Of a stretch of 46,146 nt of DNA, positions 20,823 to 30,031 are shown piece after piece. The position numbers and the translations under genes are program-made. The number at the start of each line of letters is the position of its first letter. Positions within the stretch are counted from its first letter, which is position 1. The stretch comes from a virus (taxonomy: Duplodnaviria > Caudoviricetes), in IMG/VR virus record IMGVR_UViG_3300031605_000005, positions 1 to 46,146 of that record; one strand, written 5' to 3'. Below the pieces are notes generated by a model, which saw only the letters and a list, made by a program, of their open reading frames with translations, made no database searches and was not told the DNA's origin.

Positions 20823-23613
20823 ACTAAATCTCTATATATGATGTTGAAGCTGTCACTCTGTCTCCATACCGACCGCTTCCCGCAATCTTTTCTCCATACC
20901 CTAAGATAAATTTCTCATTCGGGAAATGGAGGGTTGTGTGTCCTGTAATAGCCAAATTCTTAATAATAGCATTTTCGTTAGAAACAGCCTCTCCACTCTT
21001 CACACAGAAAATAGACAAATGTTCACCAGAATCAGTGAAATTACAAAAATACAGCCCGACGACTGCATAAGCTTGGGTGTTTGTCCCAGAAACTATGTCT
21101 GTGGGAGTAGTGCCAACTATGGTATTTGATAAAGCCATCTATCTTATTCCTATTTTAGAGTTACACCATTATTTTACCCAAGAATAATGGAATATTTAAT
21201 CATTTGTTTTTTTAAATCACTACTTGTGACAGTTCCCGCGATGTTCATATCGCCGTCGAAATTGGCAGTACCAGTAGATGTCATGGTTTGAGTTCCCAAA
21301 TAGGATGTTGTGATATCGTTGTCAGACTTAACACTCCCCTGAACTACTAAGTTCTGGCCAACTGTAGCATCCGTCCCAATTGTAGCGTCTGCCGTGGTTT
21401 GTAATGTGTCACCTACATCTAAAGTGCCAACTATGGCAACGTCTCCATTGGTTACATTAATGTCTCCACCATCTAAATTAACGTTTCCACCAGCTACGGT
21501 AATATCCCCGGAACTAAGTATTCCGTTTATTGCGACTGTCGATCCTGTAATTCTGACGCCATTAGAAAAAGTTGCTTGCCCTGTGAATCTTGTGTTATTC
21601 GCTAGTAATTCATTCTCGTTGGCTATTATGATAGTCTGGTTTGTTACCGTATTTTCTATCTTAAAATTCCCATCATTATCTACTCCCAGACTTACCCCAC
21701 CCATAAACTTCAACGAGTCTCGTTCGAGATATAGGTCTTTAAATGGTTTAGTCTCGGAACCGAGATGAAATACTCCACTCTGAGATGGAATTAAGTCACT
21801 GTTATTGAAGTAAGCGTTATCTCTTACCCAACCAGTTGCATTTGAGAGAGCGAGTCCTGTTGCTTTTAATTCCGTATCTATAGCTACTTCGCTACCTCCC
21901 TTGGCTAGAGAATCGAACCACCCCGTAGAAGCGTAAACTGTTCCCCACTTTTGATTTGATTCCCCTACATTTCCAGAGCCATCAAAGTGAGGTAAGAGAT
22001 TTCCACTTACCCATAAATCTCCTCTGACATCAAGTGACCCTGACGCTACGTCAGTTCCGACCCCTAGTGATTGATTCGTGTCGTCCCAGTATACTCTGTC
22101 TGATCCACCAAAGGTAGTAGCGTTAATTCTATATTGAAGTTGGTTTGCTGTTCCACCAGCAGCACCAGCACCATCCGACCCTGCTGGCCCAGTAGGGCCT
22201 GTGGGTCCAGCACCGCCATCACCACCGCTATCGCCTTTATCTCCAACACGAGCAAAAGTTATGTAGACCTCTTCACTATTTGGGAAAGTCGAAACATTCC
22301 CATCTATGTATGTTGCATTGACATCAAAGTACCCTGCATTCTCAACGAAGCTGTTAACAGCGAACAGCACGAACTTGTCGTTTTCGTCTTTTTCTGAAAC
22401 TTTGAAGTGACCTTTAATTGTCGAATTTGAATCGTCTATTGTTCTGAGGAATGACTGTATATCGGTTGATGCCATGTCTTGGTCATCTATATACAAATGA
22501 GTCGCTAAACTAATATCCGAGTTATTAAATTTTAAGTCACCAGCACCGGGATCATTGTCGGCTGTATTAGTATCAAAAGAGTATCTAAACGATGCCCCAC
22601 CGAATGTTCCAGCGGGACCAGTATTCCCCGTGGGTCCTGTGGGGCCACCAGCGGGACCAATTGGCCCAGCGTTACCCGTGTCCCCTTTTAATGCTGCTGG
22701 AGCAAAGGAAACCCAAAGTTTATTGCCAGTTGAACCAAGGTCATAAGAATAATGCTGGGATACAAATTTAACTGCTATCTTTATGAAATCTCCTGTCGGA
22801 ACAGTATAAGTAGAACTAGTGACTTCCAGCAGTAAATACTTTCTGGGATCATCTGTATCAAATAGTTTTATTCTTGAACCCTGTAGGGCAAGAGATTTAG
22901 TCCATTCTTCAGCATAAAAGTACGATGAAGATTGCCACTGACCAACACTGAAGCTTAAACAAAGCGAGCTTACTGAAGTATAAAATCCACTTGATACATC
23001 TAGCCAAGCCGTCTTGACTCCCGCATTTACAGTTGTATTTGTGGTCGTATCAAATTCGTACAACATTGTATCCCCACCAGCGTGACTAGTGGGTCCTGTG
23101 GGACCAGCACCACCAGCACCACCAGCGGGGCCTGTACTCCCTGTGGGTCCTGTGGGACCTATTACTGAACTAGCAGGACCAGTAGGGCCAGTAGGACCAG
23201 CACCAGTAGGCCCTGTAGGACCTTCTGAGCCAGCATACCCAGTAGGACCTGTAGGCCCAAGAGGACCAGAAGCCCCGACAAATCCTCTGGGACCTGTCCA
23301 CCCTGCGGGACCAGTGGGGCCTGTACTCCCTGTAGGACCATCAACGCCATAAGGGCCAGAAGGGCCTGTAGGCCCCTCCATTCCTAGACCTCCCGTATTA
23401 CCCGATGGGCCTGTGGGACCTTGGGGACCTATCATTGTACTTGTAGGCCCAGTAGGACCAGCGGGTCCAGCAGGTCCAGCAGAACCATCAGAACCATCAG
23501 AACCATCAGGGCCAGTAGGACCAGCAGGACCAGCAGGACCAGCACCACCAGCAGGACCAGCAGCACCAGCAGGACCAGCACCACCAGCAGGACCAGCAGC
23601 ACCAGCAGGACCA
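19198..23613 (-). repeat. 9/18-bp tandem repeat blocks shared between the two collagen genes
   Basis: Arrays of gcaggacca/gcaccacca and identical gaaccatcagaaccatcagggccagtaggacc blocks at 19201, 20128 and 23491. Confidence 0.85.
20824..21138 (-). CDS. Small beta-rich virion/fibre-associated protein
   Basis: 104-aa ORF between the two collagen genes; GTGTAA 22 nt upstream. Confidence 0.6.
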   Translation of the reverse strand: MALSNTIVGTTPTDIVSGTNTQAYAVVGLYFCNFTDSGEHLSIFCVKSGEAVSNENAIIKNLAITGHTTLHFPNEKFILGYGEKIAGSGRYGDRVTASTSYIEI

Positions 23614-24332
23614 ACGGAGCCTGTCGGACCAGCTACCGTACTTGCTGCGCCTGTCGGTCCAACAGGGCCATTTGGACCAACAGGACCAGTGGCTCCTAAG
23701 TGACCTTGGGGACCTCTTGGTCCGGGTTGGCCAGCAGACCCGACAGGGCCTGTGGGACCAGCTACAGTACTTGCAGAACCTATAGGACCAATAGGCCCAT
23801 CAGGGCCTGTGTTTCCTCTTACTCCAGCAGAGCCTTGAGAACCTTGAACTCCAGCGGGTCCAGTTTCTCCTTGTGGGCCTGTAGGGCCAAGAACGACGCT
23901 TGTAGGGCCTGTAGGACCAGCAACGGTACTATCGGACCCTTGTGGCCCCGTAGGACCAAGAATGCCTTGAGGACCAACGGGTCCTGTCAGTCCGATATTA
24001 CCCTGTCCACCTTGATTGCCTTGGGGGCCAGTATTTCCTGTGGGTCCAGTAGGACCAAGAGGACCTGTGGGTCCCGCTCCTCCTGTGCTACCAGTAGGAC
24101 CAAGAGGACCCGTTGGTCCGATAGGACCAGCTACGCCAAGAGGAGGTCCGACTGTAGAAGTAGTTGTATCTGACGATGGGGTTACCGTTGTCGTGCCATC
24201 GCTAGGTTGCGTAGCAGAACTATTTACCGTGCTAAGCTGAGAGTTTACGGTTGCTGAATTATCAGCACTCGTTGCTGTAACATTTGTAACAGCCCCTTCA
24301 GTTACTTTAGCGGTTATGTTCTGATCTGCCAT
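21174..24332 (-). CDS. Collagen-like fibre protein 1 (1052 aa)
   Basis: About 350 aa of near-continuous Gly-X-Y, two repeated globular domains, [13 protein letters not shown] tail-fibre-type motif, C-terminal short beta-repeats. Confidence 0.9.
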   Translation of the reverse strand: MADQNITAKVTEGAVTNVTATSADNSATVNSQLSTVNSSATQPSDGTTTVTPSSDTTTSTVGPPLGVAGPIGPTGPLGPTGSTGGAGPTGPLGPTGPTGNTGPQGNQGGQGNIGLTGPVGPQGILGPTGPQGSDSTVAGPTGPTSVVLGPTGPQGETGPAGVQGSQGSAGVRGNTGPDGPIGPIGSASTVAGPTGPVGSAGQPGPRGPQGHLGATGPVGPNGPVGPTGAASTVAGPTGSVGPAGAAGPAGGAGPAGAAGPAGGAGPAGPAGPTGPDGSDGSDGSAGPAGPAGPTGPTSTMIGPQGPTGPSGNTGGLGMEGPTGPSGPYGVDGPTGSTGPTGPAGWTGPRGFVGASGPLGPTGPTGYAGSEGPTGPTGAGPTGPTGPASSVIGPTGPTGSTGPAGGAGGAGPTGPTSHAGGDTMLYEFDTTTNTTVNAGVKTAWLDVSSGFYTSVSSLCLSFSVGQWQSSSYFYAEEWTKSLALQGSRIKLFDTDDPRKYLLLEVTSSTYTVPTGDFIKIAVKFVSQHYSYDLGSTGNKLWVSFAPAALKGDTGNAGPIGPAGGPTGPTGNTGPAGTFGGASFRYSFDTNTADNDPGAGDLKFNNSDISLATHLYIDDQDMASTDIQSFLRTIDDSNSTIKGHFKVSEKDENDKFVLFAVNSFVENAGYFDVNATYIDGNVSTFPNSEEVYITFARVGDKGDSGGDGGAGPTGPTGPAGSDGAGAAGGTANQLQYRINATTFGGSDRVYWDDTNQSLGVGTDVASGSLDVRGDLWVSGNLLPHFDGSGNVGESNQKWGTVYASTGWFDSLAKGGSEVAIDTELKATGLALSNATGWVRDNAYFNNSDLIPSQSGVFHLGSETKPFKDLYLERDSLKFMGGVSLGVDNDGNFKIENTVTNQTIIIANENELLANNTRFTGQATFSNGVRITGSTVAINGILSSGDITVAGGNVNLDGGDINVTNGDVAIVGTLDVGDTLQTTADATIGTDATVGQNLVVQGSVKSDNDITTSYLGTQTMTSTGTANFDGDMNIAGTVTSSDLKKQMIKYSIILG

Positions 24333-24691
24333 TAGCTGGTTACTTCAGGAGAGATATTAACTTTACCCTGTAGGATTCTGGTCACAGTCCCGGCATTGTT
24401 ATACATCTCTACGTCGTAAACAGCTTGGTGTACTGGTAGTGCTGCGGTTTCGGTAGCAGTAAGACTTATATCTACCAATCCACTTACCAGTTCTAAGTAG
24501 TCAGGCGAAGTCCCGCTGACTACATCTGGATCAAGGTCCACTAGTATGCCTGAAGCCCCGTAATAAGATCGAGCATAGCCCCGCGTTGTGTAACCGCTCA
24601 GATTCAGAGCGTTGCTTGAAGAGTCTGTGACAGCAATCCTCGCAGTGTAAGTTGCTCCTTGGATAATGCTCAAATTTGCTGTAGTTGCCAT
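24332..24691 (-). CDS. BppU-like/fibre attachment protein (likely start MATTANL at 24691)
   Basis: IIQGATY...YDVEM...[14 protein letters not shown] pattern resembles phage fibre adaptors; GTGTAA 10 nt upstream of 24691. Confidence 0.55.
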   Translation of the reverse strand: MATTANLSIIQGATYTARIAVTDSSSNALNLSGYTTRGYARSYYGASGILVDLDPDVVSGTSPDYLELVSGLVDISLTATETAALPVHQAVYDVEMYNNAGTVTRILQGKVNISPEVTS

Positions 24692-24707
24692 ACAGATTAC
24701 TTTACAC

Positions 24708-24742
24708 AAAAAAAGCCGAAAGGATTAAAATCCCTTCAGCTT
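24708..24742 (-). terminator. Intrinsic terminator
   Basis: Minus strand AAGCTGAAGGGATT...AATCCTTTCGGCTT then a T run, immediately followed by GTGTAA. Confidence 0.75.
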
Positions 24743-24773
24743 AGTTGGAGAAACTGATAAATAAAAAACTAGT

Positions 24774-25178
24774 TTACTTCCCCTCCCCTAGTATATTTTG
24801 CGCCTTTTTTGAAACTGAGGTAGGATTATTAGATTTCATAAGGTCAGTAGGGGCCTGATAAGAACTAACGTGTCTTTTAAATTCTCTAATCAACCTCTTC
24901 TCAAGATTCTCTCTGTTATCTATAGGTATTAGACCTATTTGAGCAGCATGAGCCTGAAGGTCTGTTTTGCTCATTTCTTTTACTCCTTTTACGTATTTCT
25001 CCTCGTCTAAAGTATTATACTTGCTTTTGCCATCGTCTCCCCAAATTTGATCTAAGGAAGTGGCTGTGAAGTTCTTATCGTCCTTGCCGTGAGTCTGAGA
25101 CATATCTTCGACCTTCTTTTTAGGCGGTCTGCCTCGTTTCTTGGCTGTATTCTTAGTTTCTTTTGTTTTGTCAGTCAT
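24774..25178 (-). CDS. Hypothetical protein with AT-hook-like motif
   Basis: KKRGRPPKKK near the N-terminus; directly follows the capsid gene. Confidence 0.65.
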   Translation of the reverse strand: MTDKTKETKNTAKKRGRPPKKKVEDMSQTHGKDDKNFTATSLDQIWGDDGKSKYNTLDEEKYVKGVKEMSKTDLQAHAAQIGLIPIDNRENLEKRLIREFKRHVSSYQAPTDLMKSNNPTSVSKKAQNILGEGK

Positions 25179-25220
25179 AACGTTCCTCTCTTATTATACT
25201 TATGCTCCAAAAAAATCAAC

Positions 25221-25248
25221 AAAAAAAGGCCCCCTTGCGGGGGCCTTT
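25221..25248 (-). terminator. Intrinsic terminator after major capsid gene
   Basis: AAAGGCCCCC-GCAA-GGGGGCCTTT followed by a T run on the minus strand. Confidence 0.9.
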
Positions 25249-25270
25249 GAGTATGCAGTAATAAGCACGA

Positions 25271-26428
25271 TTAGACAACAATACCGACAACCGAACGGGC
25301 GTCGATACAAACACGGCCCTCTTCGAGGTAACCGTAGAATCCAGTTTTCTCACTACGAGAAACCCATTGGTCATCAGCCAACACAGTCCACTGGCCACCA
25401 CTTTCGTGCTGACGGGCAACTGGACGGATGAAGGAATCACGACTACTGTCGATACCAACAAGGATTTCGTCGCCAGAGGCTCCACCATCAAAGGCAGAAC
25501 CGCCAGAGGCAGGATAGGTCACAGAACCAGCGAACTCGTCGAACAGAGTATTGTACTTCTGAGAGACTCCAAGCTCGATAACCTCATGAAGAGAGATACC
25601 GTAGATTTCGCCCATGCCAGCACCACGGAACACTTGCTCCCGAACGCTGTCGGGAAGGGCCACGCTACTGTCAGCATAACCTTCAGCAGAAGTGCCTGAA
25701 AGCACACCCGCTCTGGTGTTCATGGGTTGGTACGCGAACGCACGAATCTGCTCCATCATTTCCGGGCTCACGAACAAGTCGGTGATACCACGGCTACCTT
25801 CAGGAGTGCCACCCGCAAAAGAGGTGAACAGCCTACGCTGAAGAGTGAGGAGACGGTTGAAGTCATCCAGTTGCAGTACGTCATCCGTATTGGACTGAAT
25901 CACATGGTTAAGAGCACCACTAGCAGAACTAGCTTTACCACTCTTGGTGCTGGCTTCAGCCAACGCCTTCATGATAACAGCCCACCCATTCCGTTCTTGT
26001 TTAATAAGAACTTCCTGAGCCATACGCTCAATGGCTTTGCTCACAATGTCGAGACGACCACGACGAGCGTATTTCTTGAGGAAGGAAACCGCGCTATCGA
26101 GACGATAGGTAGCGATTTTCATCTCTTTCATACCCTCAACGAGAGAACTAGGAAGGCCACCAGCCACATTTTGTGACCAGACCTTAACGTATCCATCGTT
26201 TTGGTCGTAATAAAGATCGAGAGGATAGCTTGGGCTATCATCTTCGTCGTATTCGCTATCAGCATAGATAGCGGACAGGGTTCCAGCTTGCTTGATCACT
26301 TCTTGGATCACCGGGCCTAGAAACGCAGCAAAAACTTCTTGCGCTTCGGCAGCTTTGGTGAGGTCTTTTGAACCGATCTGCTTTATAAGCTCTACCTGTT
26401 CTGGAGTATTCTTAAGCTTTAATTTCAT
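25271..26428 (-). CDS. Major capsid protein (HK97 fold)
   Basis: 385 aa, follows protease/scaffold and decoration genes, strong terminator behind it, capsid-like C-terminus (GFYGYLEEGRVCID). Confidence 0.8.
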   Translation of the reverse strand: MKLKLKNTPEQVELIKQIGSKDLTKAAEAQEVFAAFLGPVIQEVIKQAGTLSAIYADSEYDEDDSPSYPLDLYYDQNDGYVKVWSQNVAGGLPSSLVEGMKEMKIATYRLDSAVSFLKKYARRGRLDIVSKAIERMAQEVLIKQERNGWAVIMKALAEASTKSGKASSASGALNHVIQSNTDDVLQLDDFNRLLTLQRRLFTSFAGGTPEGSRGITDLFVSPEMMEQIRAFAYQPMNTRAGVLSGTSAEGYADSSVALPDSVREQVFRGAGMGEIYGISLHEVIELGVSQKYNTLFDEFAGSVTYPASGGSAFDGGASGDEILVGIDSSRDSFIRPVARQHESGGQWTVLADDQWVSRSEKTGFYGYLEEGRVCIDARSVVGIVV

Positions 26429-26449
26429 AATAAATTTCTCCTATTTAAA

Positions 26450-26992
26450 TTACAGGTTGAGTTTGATTAGCACGTTACCGTTAGAATCTTGGCCTCCCAA
26501 GAAATGTCCAACAGCAGTAGTACCGTGAGGGTCAGTTGAGAAACAACCACTATTGTGGCCGTAAGCAATCGCCCCCGGAGTTAGTGCGTTTTGGTTGAGG
26601 TCAACACCGTCCACTAAGAAGATGCCTTTTGTAGCAACCGGAACTGCTTGACCTGAGATAGCAACTTGCATCTCCGCAGCTTTACGTGGGTTGTACAGCA
26701 ACTTCTCGCCGTTTTCATCAGTCTCACGAACATCGTAGAGAAGCATACCGAGAGGAGTGTCACCTGAGGCAGCGGTCTCCAGCAAAGCTTGAACGTTGTA
26801 CCGTTGTGAAACAGTATTCCCGTAATCCGTGCTAGACACACCGTTCCCCAACTGCATTTCGTCAGTTGATTCCCAACCGTTCGCAGACTTGACTTTAACA
26901 AGGGCTCCCTTGTTAACACTAGTGCCATCAAACGCAAAAAGGTTGATGACATCATGCTCGTCGTAGTCTCTAAATGGTAATAGATTTGGCAT
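26450..26992 (-). CDS. Head decoration/cement-like protein
   Basis: 180 aa between scaffold and capsid; PLGMLL...GQAVPVATKG pattern resembles capsid cement proteins. Confidence 0.6.
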   Translation of the reverse strand: MPNLLPFRDYDEHDVINLFAFDGTSVNKGALVKVKSANGWESTDEMQLGNGVSSTDYGNTVSQRYNVQALLETAASGDTPLGMLLYDVRETDENGEKLLYNPRKAAEMQVAISGQAVPVATKGIFLVDGVDLNQNALTPGAIAYGHNSGCFSTDPHGTTAVGHFLGGQDSNGNVLIKLNL

Positions 26993-27024
26993 AATTATTT
27001 TTTCCTTATTAACTAATTAATAAA

Positions 27025-28581
27025 TTACTTAACTTCAAATTGATCCAGACCAAAGGCAGACTTGTATTTATCATACGTAGTCGGTTCTTCAGCAGGAATA
27101 CTCACAGGGACTTCTTGCGATTGACCCTGCGCTTCGTCGATTGCCTCTTCCACAACTTCTGTCGTTTCGTTGGCAGATTCATCTGTACTGGCTTTAACTT
27201 CTTCCACAACAGTTTCAGCTTTCGCTTCTTCCGCTTTGGCTTCTGTCTCTGCCTTTACAGCTTCAATGGCTTTCCGAGTTTTCGCTGACAAAAGAACCGT
27301 CATTTTCGCTTGATAAGCTTGAAAATCCTCGTCGCCCATGTCCTTAATGTCGGAGGCCATGACTTCGCGATCTTTATCGTTAAGTTCATATTCCTCGTCT
27401 AATTGGGCCATGCGCTGGTTAAATCTCTCTTGCGCTTCACGTTCAGTCTTTTCAGCCTGAAGTTCCTGCAAGGTAGACTGAACCTTCTCCATCTCCGTCG
27501 TTAGAGCATTGTGCTCTGAGGAAAGGGTCTGGTGTTTTTCGTCAGCTTCTTTCTGTGCGTTTTCTTGAGCGGTCTTTTCTTCAGCGAACTTCTCAGATGC
27601 TTGCTTTAGTTGTTCTTCGATAAACTCATGAACAGCAGAGGCTTTAAGCTCCTGCATGGACTCATCTGTTATATCTTTTACGCTTTTTATCTTCATAATA
27701 AAACTATCCTCGTTTGCCTTACCCGAACTAGGTTTCTTTACATTCTTATTTTCGCAATGTGAAATTTTATTTGCGTTTTTTGGCGTGTTTCCAACATGTT
27801 CTTCAATATTAGCACTCCGAGTTTCTTTTTCTAAATTTTTTTCATCTTTTTTAACGGCCACCCCTTCTACGTCAGCAGCAGGGTTCTCAGTTAATCCTAT
27901 TCCAAGAGGTACGACATTCGAAATAACATGCCTATACACCATCTTGCCGTCATCGGTTTTCCCGTTTCCACCGAACCCCTGAAGCTTATCCTTAAGTTCC
28001 GCAATCTGGTCTTCCGCTGTCACGAATTCACCGTTTTCAATGTTTTTTTCACCTTCGTTGAGGATAACCAAGTCGTAATCATTAAAACCAAGCTCCCAAC
28101 TCGCGGAAACCCGAAGATAGTTTTCGCTGGTAGGATCGCTCGCTTCTTCAATAATATCCGCCAATCTATTGTTTACAACTTTCCATATGACACCCCCTAG
28201 AGTAATATTGAATGGAGCTTTGGTATCCTTAAGCTTCTCTGGGGAAAGAGCTTTATCTGAGCCAAATTCGCTATACCCAGCAGAAAGTATAACACCTACT
28301 ACTTTGTCCCTGTTGTGTTCGATGTTAATTGGCTTGTTAATGAAAGAGTCACAAATCTCAAGGGCTGTTGAAGTATCGATCACATCTCCATTCTTGTTCA
28401 CCCTGTTAATAACACAGGCATTGAACGCCACAGGAAGCAAGTCTATGTTTTTCTTGGTGTCTACATCAGGGATGAACTCGCCAACATCCATAAGGCTCGC
28501 CATCGCTAAATATTTATCCTTATCCTCCTGAACGAGAGGACGGATGTTGGAACTAAAAATGGTTTTGTGTTTAGGGTTCAT
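27025..28581 (-). CDS. Prohead maturation protease fused to coiled-coil scaffold
   Basis: KPINIEH (His), ASWELGF (Ser), GIGLTENPAA; acidic coiled-coil C-terminal half; located upstream of capsid genes. Confidence 0.75.
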   Translation of the reverse strand: MNPKHKTIFSSNIRPLVQEDKDKYLAMASLMDVGEFIPDVDTKKNIDLLPVAFNACVINRVNKNGDVIDTSTALEICDSFINKPINIEHNRDKVVGVILSAGYSEFGSDKALSPEKLKDTKAPFNITLGGVIWKVVNNRLADIIEEASDPTSENYLRVSASWELGFNDYDLVILNEGEKNIENGEFVTAEDQIAELKDKLQGFGGNGKTDDGKMVYRHVISNVVPLGIGLTENPAADVEGVAVKKDEKNLEKETRSANIEEHVGNTPKNANKISHCENKNVKKPSSGKANEDSFIMKIKSVKDITDESMQELKASAVHEFIEEQLKQASEKFAEEKTAQENAQKEADEKHQTLSSEHNALTTEMEKVQSTLQELQAEKTEREAQERFNQRMAQLDEEYELNDKDREVMASDIKDMGDEDFQAYQAKMTVLLSAKTRKAIEAVKAETEAKAEEAKAETVVEEVKASTDESANETTEVVEEAIDEAQGQSQEVPVSIPAEEPTTYDKYKSAFGLDQFEVK

Positions 28582-28582
28582 A

Positions 28583-28891
28583 TTATACTGTGTCCATTGC
28601 TTCGATGTAGTAGAATGCAGATATGTTACCCGCAGTTCCGTGAACGTCTTCAGCGAAGACGGCTGTGTTAGAAGTAACGTAAATTGGCGATGGGAATCTA
28701 TTCATCCCTGTTCCCACATGGATAATAACATCTCCACTCGTGTTGGTCTCTTTAATCGCAGTGCCTACTGTGCAAGTGACAGCAACAAGTACGACTCTTC
28801 TATTGGCTCCGGGCGCAGCAACTAAAGTTCCGTCGCCAGCTAAATTCGAAATTTCTAGTTTCTTCCAGTATCCGCTGTTGGGTGTGCTCAT
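28583..28891 (-). CDS. Small beta-rich hypothetical (virion?) protein
   Basis: 102-aa ORF; GTGTAA 10 nt upstream. Confidence 0.65.
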   Translation of the reverse strand: MSTPNSGYWKKLEISNLAGDGTLVAAPGANRRVVLVAVTCTVGTAIKETNTSGDVIIHVGTGMNRFPSPIYVTSNTAVFAEDVHGTAGNISAFYYIEAMDTV

Positions 28892-28906
28892 TAAGTTTCC
28901 TTTACA

Positions 28907-29539
28907 CTAATATAGGTTCCAGATTGGTTTTTTGTGTTCTGTTAGATACAGATCACGTATGTTTATAAACTCGTAATTAAGATTGAACTTGTCGGCGTCT
29001 TCCTTAGCCTTGGCAAAACACTCGTCGTTGGGTATCCAATATTCTGTAAGGTCCAAAAAATTAACAGAGGTAGTTTTCTCTCTGTCTATTTTGTACTGTG
29101 GTTTACCTGACCTCATAGAGAGGTACATGTTGACTCTGGCTAAAGCACAAAGTATCGGATTTTTCTTCTCGTGATTGCTCACTCCTCTTAAGAAAGCTTT
29201 TTCTAGTTGGGAATAAGTTACGTTCGTACCGTTGTCGCTATTAAACTCCTTAGCCTTCAGTCTTAACGTATCAGCAATTTGAGCAGAGATATCAATTATA
29301 TCCTTTTGATCTGGCTCAATCTTCTTGGACTTTGGAGCGGGTACGGGGTCAATTGGCTTTATTGGCTCGATCTCAGAACTAGTAAGAGTAGCAGACTCAA
29401 CAACAGGTTCTGGCTCCAGTTCTTTAGATAGTGGCTCGTTTTCTACAGACGATACCTCGTCTGTCTTTTTCGCGATTTCCCATAGACGGCTGTATTTAGC
29501 CATCTGTCTATAACTGAGTGGACGTTTGTTATCTGCCAT
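28907..29539 (-). CDS. Hypothetical protein (possible degenerate DUF5824-like motif)
   Basis: 210 aa; LEKAFLRG...ALARVNMYL resembles a motif in other phage proteins; GTGTAA 22 nt upstream. Confidence 0.55.
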   Translation of the reverse strand: MADNKRPLSYRQMAKYSRLWEIAKKTDEVSSVENEPLSKELEPEPVVESATLTSSEIEPIKPIDPVPAPKSKKIEPDQKDIIDISAQIADTLRLKAKEFNSDNGTNVTYSQLEKAFLRGVSNHEKKNPILCALARVNMYLSMRSGKPQYKIDREKTTSVNFLDLTEYWIPNDECFAKAKEDADKFNLNYEFINIRDLYLTEHKKPIWNLY

Positions 29540-29633
29540 ATGACAATATTTCTCTTAATTATTACACAGGATATATTAAATTTATAAAAAATTTTTCCGC
29601 CACCTAAACTTCAAAAAAAATCAAAAAAAACTA

Positions 29634-29662
29634 TTGACCTGAAAATAACTTCCCTATAAGGT
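29634..29662 (+). promoter_or_regulatory. Sigma70-type promoter with upstream A-tracts driving a non-coding RNA
   Basis: TTGACC (29634-29639), 17 bp, TAAGGT (29657-29662); A-tracts at 29613-29630. Confidence 0.75.
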
Positions 29663-29669
29663 AACTCTA

Positions 29670-29708
29670 TGCGATCTGAATGTCGCAATGATCTTTGAGA
29701 ACTTAACA
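29670..29708 (+). promoter_or_regulatory. rRNA-type antitermination leader (boxB-like hairpin plus boxA)
   Basis: TGCGA-TCTGAATG-TCGCA hairpin followed by GATCTTTGAGAACTTAACA, matching rrn boxA (GATCTTTGAAAACT-type). Confidence 0.7.
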
Positions 29709-29734
29709 ATTTTGTCTGGCGACGGTTGGGCAAA

Positions 29735-29893
29735 GGGTGTGACTGAATAACCCTCTAACATCGGGGGTAAGGTGCTGCTGCGTTGCTAAATGCGAAGACC
29801 AAACGCTAGGGGGTAACGTGGTAGGCTAGGGACTACATGAACTGTACTGTGTTATTGTCCTTATGTGAGTAATGCAGAAATCTCACTTCCCAC
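29735..29893 (+). ncRNA. manA-like structured RNA
   Basis: GGGTGTGACTGAATAA...TAAGGTG...AGGC...CTGTA...GTGAG-TAATGCAGAAAT-CTCAC-TTCCC resembles the marine-phage manA motif as recalled; CTGTA can pair with loop TGCAG (pseudoknot). Not confirmed by covariance search. Confidence 0.65.
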
Positions 29894-29961
29894 TAATTTT
29901 GTCTTAAAGGCTAAGCCTGTCTTCGATGCCTCGATACTTGCCATAGCTGTGGGACATCCAT

Positions 29962-30031
29962 CTGAGTAGCTGCTGTTCTCTGAACCTTCTAGGTTCTACC
30001 TCCTTGACAGTGGTTGCTCAGATTTTTTTTT
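29962..30031 (+). terminator. Long terminal stem plus U9 ending the ncRNA
   Basis: 29962-29977 pairs fully with 30006-30021 (16 bp, five G.U pairs, so it works only on the plus strand), followed by T9. Confidence 0.7.

Noticed and set aside
19198-23613. Tandem repeats as a CRISPR array or DGR template/variable pair
   Set aside because: In-frame 9/18-bp coding repeats with no unique spacers, no adenine-specific mismatches and no cas or reverse transcriptase gene in the window.
18923-24240. Plus-strand Gly-Pro ORFs and alternative-frame VLLVLL/SRTSRT ORFs
   Set aside because: Antisense and off-frame read-outs of collagen codon repeats (GGN CCN is near self-complementary).
15924-28588. Extra motif copies: GTGTAA at 15924 (+) and GTATAA at 28583 (-)
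   Set aside because: The first is antisense within a gene end with no downstream ORF; the second is only 1 nt from the ATG and is explained by Val-stop codons.
29900-29960. Canonical tRNA gene
   Set aside because: Only 61 nt, with no GGTTCRANTCC T arm or anticodon arm; kept only as a speculative tRNA-like element.
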